NCBI RefSeq assembly: GCF_009914755.1
Contig: NC_060931.1
Origin: the human T2T-CHM13v2.0 reference genome, Homo sapiens
Strand: one strand, 5' to 3'
Length of the DNA: 64,000 nt
The notes beneath the pieces were generated by a model, which did not search any database, was not told the origin of the DNA, and saw only the letters and a list, made by a program, of their open reading frames with translations. Below, in pieces: positions 41,625 to 56,594 of this stretch. Within the stretch, counting starts at the first letter, position 1, and every line of letters starts with the position of its first letter. A program made the translations under genes and the position numbers.

Positions 41625-41873
41625 CAGTGTTTTTTAAACAGCTGGTTGAGACCCATTGAATCATGAAATCAGTGTAGCCAGACCATCGTTTAAAAAAATT
41701 AGAAGTGCATAGGAAAGAAAAGGTAATGTTATCAGAATGTCTTGCAACATGGTAAGGACAAGTGTGTTTGGTGAAACTTTTGTTTCAATGTGTGTGTTTT
41801 CACTATATGTGTCTGCGTATGTGTGTGTCCAGAGTCACCATGTAAAATGAGCAGGAATATTTCAGAAGCACTG
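41625..41873. mobile_element. hAT-Charlie-type MITE (subfamily not assigned)
   Basis: TIR-like ends CAGTGTTTTTTAAA / TTTCAGAAGCACTG; internal GACCCATT..CATGAAATCA..GTGAAACTTTTGTTTCA. Confidence 0.65.
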
Positions 41874-42078
41874 CTCTTGTCTGATCTTGCAAATCTCAAG
41901 CCTTTGTCCTGGACTCTCCAATGCGCTGGGTCTCTCATCAACCCTGCCCTGACCACCTGCGTGGCCTGCCTTGCCTTATGGCGACCCTCGGAAGAGTCGA
42001 GCAGGCAGCGCGTGCCTGGGGCTTTCAGGGACACACTTCCTTCCATTCGGGGACCTGTGAGTATGTCAGTGGAAATCA

Positions 42079-42386
<308 letters not shown>

Positions 42387-43029
42387 TAATTTTCTATTCG
42401 CTGGGGAGTAAAGTTGTCTTTGCATCTCCCGCACAGATATACACAAGAAATATAGGCAGGTGCTGGCTACGGATGCATAGAAATGGATGGCTTCAATACA
42501 AGGTTTTTGGTTGATGTGGAACAATATTACCGCATAGATAAAGAAGCCCCTTCAAAATTAGCTTTACCAATGAGATATGGTAAAAAAAAGAAGTATAAGT
42601 GATGAAAACTAAAGAGACATATGACTGTAAGTGTTAAGACTTGAAGGAAATAATAAAAGCCAAACTGCATCTCTGATTTTAAAATATGGGAGTCATAATA
42701 AATCAACAGAAAGGATAAAGGTATGCTGAGGAAAGCCAAAGAGGAGTGACCACTGTTGGTCACCAAACTGCTGGCTATTTGCAGAAGGGCCTGAGGCCCT
42801 GACCTGAGACTTGTGCTCAAGTCAGCATAGTTTGGGCTCATTGGAATATGTGATGCTAACGATGTCCCCCAGAAGAGTATTTTGTTCCTTTACGCACTTT
42901 TTAAAATAATCATCTGTGATATGAAAATTTGGACTGGTCTTGAAGGAATGAGTCCTCTCCTTACCCAGGTTTCTTTGTGATGTCAGGCAATGATGGTAAT
43001 AAGAATGGTACTCCAGTACTAGGAGTAAT

Positions 43030-43255
43030 ACGGTACTTTGATAGCGCACTAATGCACAGCATTGGCAGAAGGCTCATGGTGGATGTGAAATTAAACGCTT
43101 CGTATAACCCATAGGCGATGTTGTTGTCTTTGTCATGGACAGGGGAGAAACATGAGGCCCAGAGAGGTAAGGTGAGCACTCCCTAATAGTCAGCATTGGG
43201 TGAGGCAGGAACATTGTGGCCCTGAGTCCCTGAGATTCAGGGCTTTTCCCATGAA
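43030..43255 (-). mobile_element. MIR
   Basis: ACAGGGGAGAAACATGAGGCCCAGAGAGGTAAG core. Confidence 0.7.
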
Positions 43256-45322
43256 GCCAACCCACTGGTCACTGAGTGGTTTCACTCCTTTCACCAACCA
43301 GGATACTTCAGAAAGCACTTGGGGTGACCCAAAGCTGGGTCCAGATCAGGAGAGTCGGTTGTAAGTTGTCATGACACTTCATCCTTACAGAAGGTGGAAG
43401 TTACTCATTTCTGTTCAATGAGCTTTGAAGAACAAAAGGTCACTGCTAATTTGAAGATTAAACCTTTATACCAACAACATCCTCCAATTACTATAGAAAA
43501 TTTAGCATCCACCATTTGCTCAGGAAGCAAAGAAGTCACTGTTGAACAAACTCTGAAATAACCAAGGCCTCCAGGCCCCACACCTCTTTTAAAGTGCTTT
43601 CATGCTGACCATCTTTTTTTTTTTTTCCTTCTATCTTCAGCCCCTAACCACAAAGCCAAAAACCACAAGAAGGCAGAAAAGTACAATAAATGGGTTTTCT
43701 CTACCCATCCCCAGCAATTGTTTCACAGTTTTATTAAGTTGGGGATTCTTGGAAAAAAAAATCCTGAAAAAAAAAAAAACAATTCTAGTTTAGGATCCCT
43801 CTTTGAGTGCTCTGCAACATAGGCGAGAGCAGTAAAAACACGTTCCATTGAACACAGAGCCTCAGACATAGACATCTGTCTGTTGGAAGGAAGTCACTGA
43901 CTATGGCTTTATGCTGAAATACACAGATCACGTTTATATAGGATTTTATCATTTGAAAACATCCCTGCTCAGAGATGATCCTGCCTCATTCTGCAACAGC
44001 CTTTTGCAGTTTACATGGAAGGATTCAGATTAGGAGGGAGAAGTTGAAGAGCCTTTAGACTAGAGGCAGCAGGAGGAGGAACAGCCTCAGATGGGGGAGA
44101 GAGGAGAAGTTGGCATGTCCACCACTAGCAAAGATCTGGGTGCTGCTTCAAGATAGAACCCAAGGGAAGTGGCAGGGTCCCAAGGGGAATGTTGAGTGAG
44201 GCTCTCACTGGGGGAGGTCCCAGATTCCTGGCCCCCAGCCCCTCCAAAGGGTTATGAGTCCCAGGATGGCCCAGAAGCAACAGGGCTGACACACCTTAAG
44301 GAGCAATGCAGGCTGAAGAAGTTCCTGCCACTGGTGACTCATCATCAGAATTCCCCTTTCCCTGGGCTGTGGCTCTGCATAAACTCACAGGACTGCAGAC
44401 CAGGCCTGGAGGAGATGACCCCAGAGAGGAGGAAGACTGAGTGTGCTGCCAGCCTATTAGAACTCAGCATTGCATTCAAATTCTAGTTGCTCTAAAGAAA
44501 ATTAGGAAATGTGATATTTCTTGCACACCTGAATTTGTAGGCTACATGCAGAACAAAGGACAAAATGAGAGTCCAAGAAGGAAGTGCAGTGCTTTAAGGG
44601 TTGAGTGAATGGAGACTGAAGGGTATTTAACGGGCCATTGGCATCAAATTAGAAAGTATGGGTCTTAGAATTTCTTTTACATTAGAAGACTTTGGGCTGA
44701 ATATTGATATTCTAGGGATAAATTCTTGATACCCTAAAATTCAGCCCTCATACAAAGCAGTGATTGTGATTTCATGAATGTTGTCCCTGAGAAACAAGTG
44801 TCTGGCATGAGCTCCCCATGTCTGGACCACCAAGCTGATACCAATAATGGCTGTTGCTTCCTTTTCCCCTACATCAAAACCTTAGGTTTGCTTCAGGCTT
44901 ATGGCCTTGGTCATCCTAGGAGTCACCAACTTGCTATGAGAAGCTGGCCTGATTTTGTGTCACTTTCATCTTTGTAAAGTATAAACACAACATGTGAAGT
45001 TGTTAATTTTCAGTGCACTGCCCCATTCTGTAGCGTTCTACTTTGTAAATGACATTGAGCATATACACTTTCCACCATTGTAGTAAGCCCAACATTCAGT
45101 GAAGACAGATGCCTCCATTTATTTAAAAAAAATCAACACATTATTAATTTTAATGCAATTTAAGCTAAAAATGACCGACAATTCTTGGTTTACCAACAAC
45201 CTCTTTTAAAAATTGAGACTCTCATAAGAGGATTTCGGTTTAAAAATGTTGAAAGGTCTTTTTGTATAGAAACAGAATGAAGTACAGGATATATTTAAAA
45301 TGTGGCTAATTAACAAAATATT

Positions 45323-45845
<523 letters not shown>

Positions 45846-46998
45846 TTAAGATTTCAAAAGCCTTCCCTTAAACACTTAGATCCATGAATATCCCGTTTTT
45901 TTACTAATGTGGGCGATGAAACTTCAAATGACTTGGGAAAAGATATTCTAGGAATGACAATCTTTTTTTAAAAAAATTCTTGCTAGGAAGAAGTATCAGA
46001 AACCTCCATGTTCTTACCCATATTTTCAGTGATTAACAGTTTCTTGTGATGCAAGTTTTCTCCACAGTTTGTTTCCAGGGTTACAAATCCATCATGCCTA
46101 CCTTTTCAAAATCACATTAATTCAAGTTCACATTATTTTTATCAGCCATCAATTAAATATTAATCAGCTTTTCTTGGTCTTTAGCCTATAGGTCTTACTT
46201 ACAAGACTCTTTAAAGAGGAAATACTAGAAACCCTGCCAGTTCAATCCCCTGGCTTGGAATAATTTTGTCAGCAGTACTGACTCCTGTAGCTATCTGTGT
46301 TGCTTAACTTGCGACTTCTCTTAAGTGGAAAGTTGAAGAGCTTTAAGAGTATTAACTTGCTTTGTTTCCATATTGACATGATCAACAGGCTACCCACAGA
46401 TCTGATGCATTTCAATGCCCAAACACAAGAGCATGCCCCTGGAAAACTGCTGATTCTGAGTTCCAGTAAAGCTTTAAGCTCCTGAGATTATGACCATTTC
46501 TTTATTTTGGTTTTCCACTCGTAGAAACTGTCTTTCAGATAAGAGAGGAACACTACTGTCCAGAGAGTGGTGACAAGGCATCATGGGAGAGGTGCTTAAA
46601 AGTCTCCCCAACCGCCCCATCATACTTCCTTGCAAGAGCCAGCTCTGGTGTCAGAAATTCCCTAGTGTTCTGCTGGTTTATGTAAGACATGACCCTCTCC
46701 AATGTGAATGCCTCTGTAGAGAGAGCCAACTGATGACGGCCTTAAATAAAGATCCTGAAACTCCTGTCCTCTTCATTCAGCCAGAGAGGAGCTGAGCTCA
46801 CAGCCCTAAACTATTCATTTCTACCAATGGCAGAAAGTGTATAGCCCATTTTTATATGTTTAATATGTAAGGCAGCATAATATTAGTTTATACACACTCA
46901 TTTGGACCCCTTATCTCTCTGTGTGTGTTTAATTTGTTTCTTTTGCCATTTTAAAAACACTTGAGGTGTGGTGCACTCATGAAAATGCATCTCTCTCT

Positions 46999-47299
46999 TT
47001 TTTTTTTTTTTTTTTTGAGACAAAGTCTCTGTCACCCAGGCTGGAGTGGTTCAGTGGTGCAATCTTGGCTCACTGAAACCTCCGCCTCCCTGTTCAAGCG
47101 ATTCTCCTGCCTCAGCCTCATGAGTAGCTGGGATTACAAGCATGTGCCACCACACCCAGCTAATTTTTTTATTTTTAGTAGAGACGGGGTTTGGTTTCAC
47201 CATGTTGATCAGGCTGGTCTCGAACTCCTGACCTCATGATCTGCCTGCTTTGGCATCCCAAAGTGCTGAGATTACAGGTGTGTGCCACCGTGCCTGGCC
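46999..47299 (-). mobile_element. AluSg/Sc-type
   Basis: GACCTCATGATC (2-bp deletion class); TSD GAAAATGCATCTCT at 46981 and 47300. Confidence 0.95.
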
Positions 47300-50200
47300 G
47301 AAAATGCATCTCTTAATGGTCTTGAGGACTGAGCCCCATGGCTGGCAGTCTGGGCTGTGGATGTGTGATCCTGCTTGGGTTTAGGAGGATGAACAAGCTG
47401 AACTTCTCACTTAGGAAATTGCAAAATACCATTGCACACTGAAACCTGTAAATTTATTTTGGAATAATTATGGATTGCTAAGGGGGACAGAAATTAAGGC
47501 CATAACTCTACAAATTGTAACCACCAGGATTGCCTAGGTAACAGCTCCAAGATCTCCAGGGCTCCAAGAAGAAGGGTTTATTTCTCAGTCTTGCCACATG
47601 CCCATTGCTGACCTACCAGGGGGCTCTGCTGTCCCCCTCCTCATGCTGGTTGCCATGCCAGAGGAAAGAGAGCTCTGGAAGGTTTTATGTCGGGGCTGTT
47701 CAAGCTGCTCATGCCAAAGGGATGCTGCTTCCTTCTAGAACCTGTTGACAGGTCACCCAGTTCCTTCTGGCCATAGCAACCAGGAAGGATAATGTAACAT
47801 GTGCCCGGGGGAGGTGGGCTGGAAATGTTTGGCAGCCAGCACTGCTCACACACAGATGTCAAGAGATGATTTTCACTGGACAGAAAAGCCAGCAGCCTTT
47901 CCGGAGGTGAAGTATCCTCCGTCTTCATGACTAGGAAGAGGCTTTGTGCTGTGTCTCTCTGTGTGCTATTAATATGTGAGCCAGTGCATTGCCCTAACCA
48001 TCAACTCCATCCTGCTTCCTCATCAAGAGAAAAATGCAAAACCACCTGCTGTGGGATGGAGAAGACCAGTGCATTCCCGAGGAGGCACTGCTTTCCCTTG
48101 CCCTCACAGCCTGGCCTTTGAATATTCTCCCAGAAATAGGTTCTTGGTTCTCATTCTCCTTTCCTGAGCCCTCCTTTCTCACTTCTCTTCCCACTCTGTG
48201 CCCTGGAGTGCCTTCCTGTAATTCAGAGCTGGTGTTCTTTTGGGGGATTTCTCTTCATGATTGAGATGAGACTGTCTAAGGGGCTAATGTCACCCATTTC
48301 AGAATTCACTTCCCGGATAAGGATTCTTCATAGCTGTGTTAAGATTTTGCTGTTGTTGAGTCCCCAGCTGGCTAGTGCTCTTGGCCTCCATCACTTTTCT
48401 CTTCCTCCTTTCTTGCCCCCTTTGGTTTCATGAAGCTGATTTTTTCTCAAGTTTCGACTCTTGCCTCTGAGCCACCTTTTCAGTGCATGACTTTCACTGC
48501 CCTAAAATAACCTATAGCAAGAAAATCCCAAAAGAACAGTGTTCATTCACTGCTTCTAAGTGACAATCAGAACTTCTTTTAAAGACAGCATATTATTATA
48601 ATTCATTACAATTGAAAACAGAAGGTGCCTGGGTGAGTTGAAGTAATTGTTTAGTTGTGGCTCCTGATCTTTTTAAAAGGTCTGCATGTGAACTAAACAC
48701 TCTAAATATGTCCAGTCCCTCCTGTCAAATTCCTGTAAGGGCAGAATCACCTCGGGGAGTGGTTCTTCCGGAGTGGTGATTGACATGCAAAATGCTGCGC
48801 AGAGAGCCTCAGCATTCACTAGGGCGTCTTCCTTCCTCCCCTCCTCCTTTCCTTCCTCCATGACTGAAGGCTTGCGTGGTTCCCACACCCTGCTGGGCAC
48901 TGATCAGGTTCTAAGATCTGCCTTCAAGGAACCCACAGCCTCATGGAGAGAACGACGGACAATTAGGTCACCACAACACCGGATAGAAACCCCACAGGCG
49001 CAGTCAGTGCCTGCCTGGCTCACACTTTCATACCCTAGAGCCAGGACTCCAAAACCATGTGTCCAATGAATCACTCAGCACCGGGACTGTCACAAAAGTG
49101 AGTGTAAAGAACTGTGGGTCATTCCCTCTGCATCGTGCATTTCTCTGACAGGGGCCCTGCACTATTTGCGGAGGCATCTGTAGATTTATTTCTTAATTGC
49201 CTAAACCACTCTGAAATACCTGTCCATTCCCTTAGCATAAGATTAAGTGGATAATGGCCAAATCTCTATTTTTCTGAGTAGCCAAACTTAGCGGTCAGCA
49301 TTTAGCCTTTATCCACAAACATGGATAGGAAGCCCTGCCCCTGGGCATGGCAGACGGGCAGGACCAACCAAGAAGCAGGGACCAGCCCAGGCACAGTGAG
49401 GACCCTCAGCATCAGGCAATGATTTTGAGTTGAGATAATGGTTAGTGTCTGTGTTTCTCAGAGCAGGATATGCTCTTTAATCTAGGATGCAAAGCCCATA
49501 TGAGGTAAGAAAAAGAATGTAGAACCATTTGGAAAACACCCATTTTTCCCCTGGGAGGCTGAGTAGGTCAGGGGGATCCGCTGGCAGGGGGTCCTCTCCA
49601 CTCCCCTCTGATTCCCAGAGGCCGAGAATGTCGTGTTCAGCCATTGGTTACTCTGTGCTGCACGGTGAAGTCTGTGGTTGTTGGTAAGCAGCGTAAAAGC
49701 CAGGGAGTGTCTGCTGCAAGAATCCCTGGGCATCACGTTGCTTCCGACACTGGTCTGTGTGAGTCCCACAGACGTCCTAGCAGCTGCAAGGGGCACACAC
49801 CTCCGACCTCCGACCGGCAGGTATGAATGCTTCCAAAGTGCCCGGAGTGAACAGATTAAAGCAATTTTGGAGGGTGAGTAAAAGGATACAAATCAACTTA
49901 CTGAACAAAAAGAAAAAGTTTAATTTCTGGAAAAAAAAAAAAAAGTAGCTGACCTGCAGTCTGAGATATGCTGAGAGATACACACATTATCTTACAAAAT
50001 TTCTGCGGGGAGGTTCAGTCGTGCCTGTTTGATGCCTTACTAAATGTTGGGAATCTAATTTTAACTGATCTGCAGCAGAAGCAATCAGCAGCCAGCTCTG
50101 TGTTGGGTGTTTACTCAGAGCAAAAGTTTTCTGGGAAAGGCAGTTTAGCATCTGAGCCACGGTGCGATGGTTAGCCATATTTATGACCACTCATGCATCA

Positions 50201-50559
50201 ACCAGCATAGTCTGATCTTAGCCTCTGGGAGCCGATTTAAGTCTTGAATGTGATGGCTAATAGATAGAATTCTGAAAATATGTGTATATATGTTTTCCTT
50301 CAGACTCTCTAGTCTCTCAGAAGCCCTATCTAACTAGAAGGACAAAAGAAAATCTCAGTCTTTGTATTGTACTGTTAAAGCATTAGAATGTACTAAGGCA
50401 ATTGTAATCACAAAGCATTCAAATGTATGGTATGCATTGTAGGCTATTAACATAATCCTGCGTAATGAGAAGATCAGCACCAAGCTAGCCTAATGGCAGA
50501 CAGCTTCTGGGATTTCAATTTTTGCCTGGATTCACAGAATAGTAAAACCTCTTGGGAAT

Positions 50560-50830
50560 TCATTGCTTTTTTTTCAGTTGTCAGAAGCTAGGCTCTGTGC
50601 AACAAGTAAAGAATTCTTTCCTGAATAGTTATTCTACTTGGGATTCAGGGAGATGGTAAATGTCCACGCTGGGTATCAATATCAGAGTCCGTTCCATCAG
50701 TGCTTAGGGTCTAGAAAGGAATGGATGATCCTGAAGCCGATGTTCAGTGATCCCTCACACTTGTAATGCAGGGCTGGAATAACGTGATGGGTAGGTTTCC
50801 ATCTTGGTTGAACATTTTATGATTCTATGG
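50560..50830 (+). mobile_element. L3/CR1 3' fragment
   Basis: AAAGAATTCTTTCCTGA..GAGATGGTAAATGTCC..TGGATGATC..TTATGATTCTATG terminus. Confidence 0.4.
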
Positions 50831-52886
50831 TTTTCTTTCAATGCTAGGATTGTCATCCTGATCGTTAGAAATCACTTTAGTAGATGAATAAACAGCAAGC
50901 AGTGAGCGCATCTAATAGATTTCTGACAATAGATCGACAGCTTTTCTTTCTCTCTGTTGCTCTAAGTCATTTGAGAAAAGCCTGGGGTTACAGATATTCT
51001 TTGTCAATTACTTCTGGAATCCCCATATCTACTCTTTTAGGCTTTTAAAGATGAGATAATATGAGTATGCTAGTAATTTTGAAATTACTTCTTAAGCAAG
51101 GTTCTGCATTCACTGGGTAGAACCAAAATAATGCCTTTCCAAATTAAAGCATGTGTATAGTATATAAGCGGGTATTTCTTCTGAGTAAGCAAGAAGATAT
51201 TAAAAACATTGAAATGATGGAACTCTGCAGAAGAACCATATGACGCATGCACAACTCTAGGCTGCATTGGGTAAACCAGCCATATTTGGGTTTGGGATTA
51301 GCCTCTTGGTCTTGTGCAAGTTGCTTAGTGCCCTGTATTACCCATCAGTGAAGTGAGTGGTTCCTCCCAGCTCTGAGATTTCATCCGAACAGCATGGAAA
51401 ACAGTAGATCATTTTCACCAAATATCTGTGTAGATAGGACTGGGAACATCTGATTAAATGTGTTGAGTGTCACATTTTCTAGATGTTAGAGGACTCTGAC
51501 AATGTCTTGTTGAAATCATACTTGGGTCTGGCTCTGGACTCTAAAAAGCTCTTCCTTAATGACATCAGTTGTGATGGATCAGAGTCACTTGTAGATATGG
51601 TGATGAACAAAAGACTAGTTTTTATTTTCTCTTTCACAGATGAAACCTTATTTTAGCCACTGACATCTCCGAATGATCTGAAAATGTATTGCATACAACA
51701 CCTCAAAGTTTCAGATGGACACTCCCTCAGTTGTATTTGGAAGGGAGGCCCCAGGGGCCCCTTGGCATCCTCTGAGAGATGTTCCTGCAGACGCACAATG
51801 CACACAAGTGCACAGAGGCAACTGACTTGGGGTCCCAAGCTAGTAGCACACAGGCATGGCCTGAGTACTCAGAGGAGGACTCCGGTGGATATGAGCAGAC
51901 ACCCAGGGTTTCACTTGTCACCAACACAGTCCAGATGATGAAGCAAATACTCAATACTCCAAAGAATTCCTTAATTATTTAGGAAATTTAAATGGGTGAT
52001 ATAATTACTCGGTTGTCTCAATTCTGAATTATTCATTCTGTTTTTAATGGTAGTTTGATGCTAGTAACTCCAGGCTATTATTAATAATTTTTTAAAAAAT
52101 CAGAAGTAGATTAGAAAACAGTTTCAGAGGAAGGATTTAAAAGCCTCTTAATGGAGGAGTGGCTATGCGGCATTGCATTCAGACAGCCACAGCTGAAGGC
52201 TGACTGGGCTTCCTCCAGGCTGTCCTCCTTCCTGAGCCAGTTCCCGTTTGGAGTCTGGGCTGGAGGGAGCTCCTGGCAGTGCCATGACTCAGTCTGGTGA
52301 AAAAGCCTGTGTGTGTTCAGGCTGACTTTGAAGGAAGCACCTCTAATGATCTGCAGCCAGGGTGGCTTTGAAGATGGTAAGCATAGAATTTCAAGAACTG
52401 GACTTTGGGTACTCGTATGAAATGGAACATTATTATACCACTAATTTGTTCTCTTTAAAAAACAGTGAGAGTCTTCTCATGGTTTTGGTAGTCTCTATTT
52501 ATTTATATATTTTTATTGGTAGCAAGTGGGAATAAGAGCACAGTTGTTTAAACAAACCCAAGACCATTCTACTTGCTGTGGCTGGAAACTGAAGAGTATT
52601 GGAATCGCTGTTTTAAGTGGCTTTGCTGTTTAGACTGAATGTGCACGAGAGCCAAATGACTATTTGATTTCACTAGAAAAATCTGTAAATCTGGTTATTG
52701 GATACTGTATAAAGCCATTTAATTCCACAAATGTTAGCCCACAGAAATCTGTGCACTGGAAGAGCTCCTTTAAATTTACAACAGCAAGAAAAATAGGTTT
52801 GCTTTCCTATATACTCTCTACTGTTAGTTACAATGACATGAAACAACCCAAGTTTGAATATTTAAGAGTAGCCACAATCACGAAGG

Positions 52887-53270
52887 GCAGTGTGATAGAA
52901 CCGAGCAATGAACAGGATGTAAGAAATCCTGGTTTAATCCTATCTTTCCTATGGTTTTGCCCAAAGTGGTCACTTCTCCTCCCTAAGCTTCAGTTTTTCT
53001 CACCTGTAAAATTGGGGAAGAGGGTGTAGATGAAATCAGCATGATTCTGCATGTCAGTAGTACATTATTATCTCCTAGAAAGCTTTAAAAAAAAAACTTC
53101 TGATGCCGAGACTCTAACCTACTCTAATTAAGTCAGAGACACAATGGATGAGGCCCGGGATATCAATACATGCTCAATAAAGCTCACCAGGTCATTCTAA
53201 TGGGCATCTATCTAAAGTTGAGAACAGTAGAACCGTCTGAAGGTCTCTTCTGGCTCCAACATTCCGTACC
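52887..53270 (+). mobile_element. MIR/MIR3 interrupted by a MER5-like MITE (~53037-53230)
   Basis: CTAAGCTTCAGTTTTTCTCACCTGTAAAATTGGGGA; MER5-like AAAGCTCACCAGGTCATTCTAATG..AAAGTTGAGAAC; MIR3-like end GAAGGTCTCTTCTGGCTCCAACATTC. Confidence 0.65.
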
Positions 53271-53622
53271 TGAAGATGCTAATGGCTCTTTCTCAATGTC
53301 AGAGCACGATGCAGATCGTCTTGTGGTCACGGTGGTTCTCTTGACTCTTCTGGTCATGCGTAAAGACCGGGAGTGGAAGGCAGCACCTCAGCAGATCCAA
53401 AGGCCATGAACACCCCACAGTGACTTCCCAAGCTAGAGACTGTGAGTGTACTTGGTGTGGACAAGGCATTCGGGAACCACTGAATTAAATGGGATATTTT
53501 TATTCTTAAGAGCAGTGAACTCTACTTTCAAGGGGATGAAACAAGTGAAAAAAATACTTTCCCCCCCAAATATATTTGTCTTGGCTACACCGAGGTCTAA
53601 TCAGATTTTAGGTATACAAAGA

Positions 53623-53732
53623 TTAATAAGACACAGTCCTTATCTTAATAAGACATAGTCCTTATCTTAAATTAATTTACAATCTAGTAGGGGTGAGGGA
53701 CAAATTACAATCTAGTGGGGGTGAGAGACAAA
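53623..53732. repeat. Two adjacent tandem duplications (22 bp x2 and 28 bp x2) within a probable L2 fragment
   Basis: TTAATAAGACA(C/T)AGTCCTTATC at 53623/53645; TTACAATCTAGT(A/G)GGGGTGAG(G/A)GACAAA at 53677/53705. Confidence 0.9.
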
Positions 53733-54469
53733 TAGTAACTGTGTAATGTGGGGGTCTCTAAGTCTGATATTGCTTAGCTATGCAGTTTTCTAGTCTCAGA
53801 AACTTGGCTAATGAATTCAAAACTGGAAGGAGGACCCCTAACCCTGTCATTTGCCCAGTTAAGGTAGTTGAGTTTTGCGAGTGAGCTTTTCATTATGCTT
53901 TCCATACATATTTCTTTGAAACACAAAGGTATCTAATAAACCCACACAACCCCACACCTGTACACACACAGACTCTGGTATTGCGAAGTGTTTACACTGA
54001 TGTGCAACAAGCCTCTATGTACTTAAATATGCAAACCTATATTTACATATTTCGATAAAAGAACAAAATACAATAGGATACTTCATCAGTCATGACACAA
54101 AGGTGAAAACCACTGTTAACTACTTGTGAACCTCTTATTCTATCCTTAAGCATCTGGAGGCAGCTTGTGTATTAGAATTATTGAGCCTCCGTGTCCCAGA
54201 TTTGTGTCAGAACCTATCCTTATCCAAGACTTCTTCCGACCAGGGAGAGAAACAATAGCCTGGGTGTTTGTGTTCTTTGCAGCTCTGACCAGGTAAGACT
54301 AGTTGTCTATAGGTCTCCTTCTTGCGTTCTGTGGGTCTCCCTGAAACCATTTTCTGCAGGTTGTTAGGAAGTAGGGAAGGCTATTTTAAAATTGCTAATC
54401 CAAAGAGGAGGTAAGATGAGATCGTGATACCTTTTTCCCCAAGGGACTAACCACACAACCAACCAACCA

Positions 54470-54712
54470 GGATAGTTTAGTAGAAGAAGCATCAACAGTG
54501 CTACAAATCAGAATTTGAATTTGTATCTTTCCACAACCTAGCTATGTTTGCTTAGGCAAATTTCAACCTGCCTGAATCAGATTTCCTCCAATTTAAGATG
54601 AAGCTGGTAATACCCCTACGTAGTGTTTGGGGGTGAAGATTAAATTTAATATTAATACTGTTTATACAGCAGCTATTAAAATAACTAGCACATAGTAGAT
54701 GTTCAGTTAGTG
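54470..54712 (+). mobile_element. MIR
   Basis: TAGCTATGTTTGCTTAGGCAAATTTCAACC..GAAGATTAAAT..GCACATAGTAGATGTTCAG. Confidence 0.7.
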
Positions 54713-56594
54713 GTGTCCAAGGTGGCTGATCACTGTCATGGGAGACTGAGTGCACCACTTAGTAAGATGTTTGTTCCTCCAACTCAGTCTCTATGAAGTA
54801 GCTCTGTGTGATGTGGGAGAGGTCATGGGGTTGCAGTGGTACATTTGGAAAAAGAAAAAATACTACCTCTTAGACTCTTAATGGAGTAAATGGTGTCATT
54901 GCGTAGATTCTCATTAGCCAGTTCTCCCTTCCCTCTCATGCCGTGTCTCTGGGGTTGAGACCAGCGAGGCTATCTTTGTATTTGAATCTCTCTTTGTGGT
55001 CTGGCTTGTGTTTCAGTGTATATCTTTCCACACAAACCAGATCAACTGCTTTCAGCTCTGGGAGGAAAACAAAGAAACAAAATGTGATGCAGTCAAACAA
55101 TTTAATTTCTCAAAGCTTTATGATTCAAATAACCAACAACATTTTACAATGAGTCATTTTGATGGCCAGTAACACCACCCATGGCTTCTTCTTTGGCCTT
55201 AAATACCGTCCTTTTAGAGAACGTTCTTAGTTTCTTTTTAACCAACAGTCAAAAATTATTAATTTGGCTCTTTATTCATGAACATTAAAAGCTAGAGGTT
55301 AATAAATATTTTATGATTGTAAAGCTCCAATGCATATCTGATTGATATGGAGGGATAAAGAATTGAAGGCAAGAGAGGCCTCCTCTTTCCAGAATTTGCA
55401 AAATCAATATAACTTGGGCTTTCACTGATATACTAGGTGCATGACTAACATTGGCTAGAGCAGGTGCTGTCTGATGGAATGGCGCTGCCAGGAAACCCTG
55501 ATGCTGCCCCGGGGAGGTCTCCAGGTGAGTTTGATCATTGCATCTTTCCCTAGTCTTCCAGGTGAGGTTGGCTAGAATACCCAGGGGAGGAAAAGAGAGC
55601 GTTTATATAACACCACCAGCCCCTCTAGTAATGTCAAGATTTGAGAGAAGTATCTAGTAGCTCTTCCTTCTCAAAAGGTGATGGGTTCCTGGGCTGCAAT
55701 GTATTTTTGAAAAATCATATCTCAATCTTGGAATAATAAGCAGGCAAGTCTGTCAGTTAAAAGGTACTTAAGTATATGATTTAATTCATATTATGTAATT
55801 TTTTTCTGCAAATATGTTCAGGAACTCAGCTGCAGTGTTGGTTTTTCTTTAAAGATTTTTTTCCCTTTCCCCTAGTGAACCAGAACAGATTCTTGGAGCT
55901 TGCTATTGATTACGCAGATGGATGGGTCTTTCTGAGCTAGGAGGAGAGAACTAGGATAAATAGAGTCCATTTTTTTTCCAAAAGCCTGAAAAGCCCATGA
56001 ATTCACCTGGTATTCTGGCAAGAGCTGTTACTTCTTAAAGCAAAAAGGGCATTGAATAGGTTTTTCATAGGATGGCCCTTCAAATAACTACTCCTAGCCA
56101 ACAAAATATTTTAGAAGCTTGCTTTGCCATGTGCTCTTGTAGGAACCTAGAAAATTTCCATTATCAGCTGTTTTCAAAGAAAATATTTATTTTCTTTTTA
56201 TTTTATAAAAGGAAAAGTTAATTCATGAAATATAAATAAATTCTCAGATTGGCTATTATTTGCTTAATAGCCAATAATAAAAGAGCAACTGCTATTGATT
56301 GCAGAGAAAGTCAGTGAACAACTTTGTGAATCAGGGGTCTGTTGATAGCTTATTGTTAGGGGAGTAATTTGCGAGGTTGAGATCCTATGCTCTGACTGCT
56401 GATGCCATTTTCTGCAAACGTTGCCTGAGCCAAGTCACTGACTGGCAGGGCTTGTGTATGTGAAATACAAACATACTTGTAAGATTTATAAACGATTACA
56501 TGGTCACGGGCATCTTAATGGAAAGAAGACTGCTAATCATTGACATTGAATATGTAGAGAACACTTCTTTTGTAGGCAGATAGACTTATTAAGG

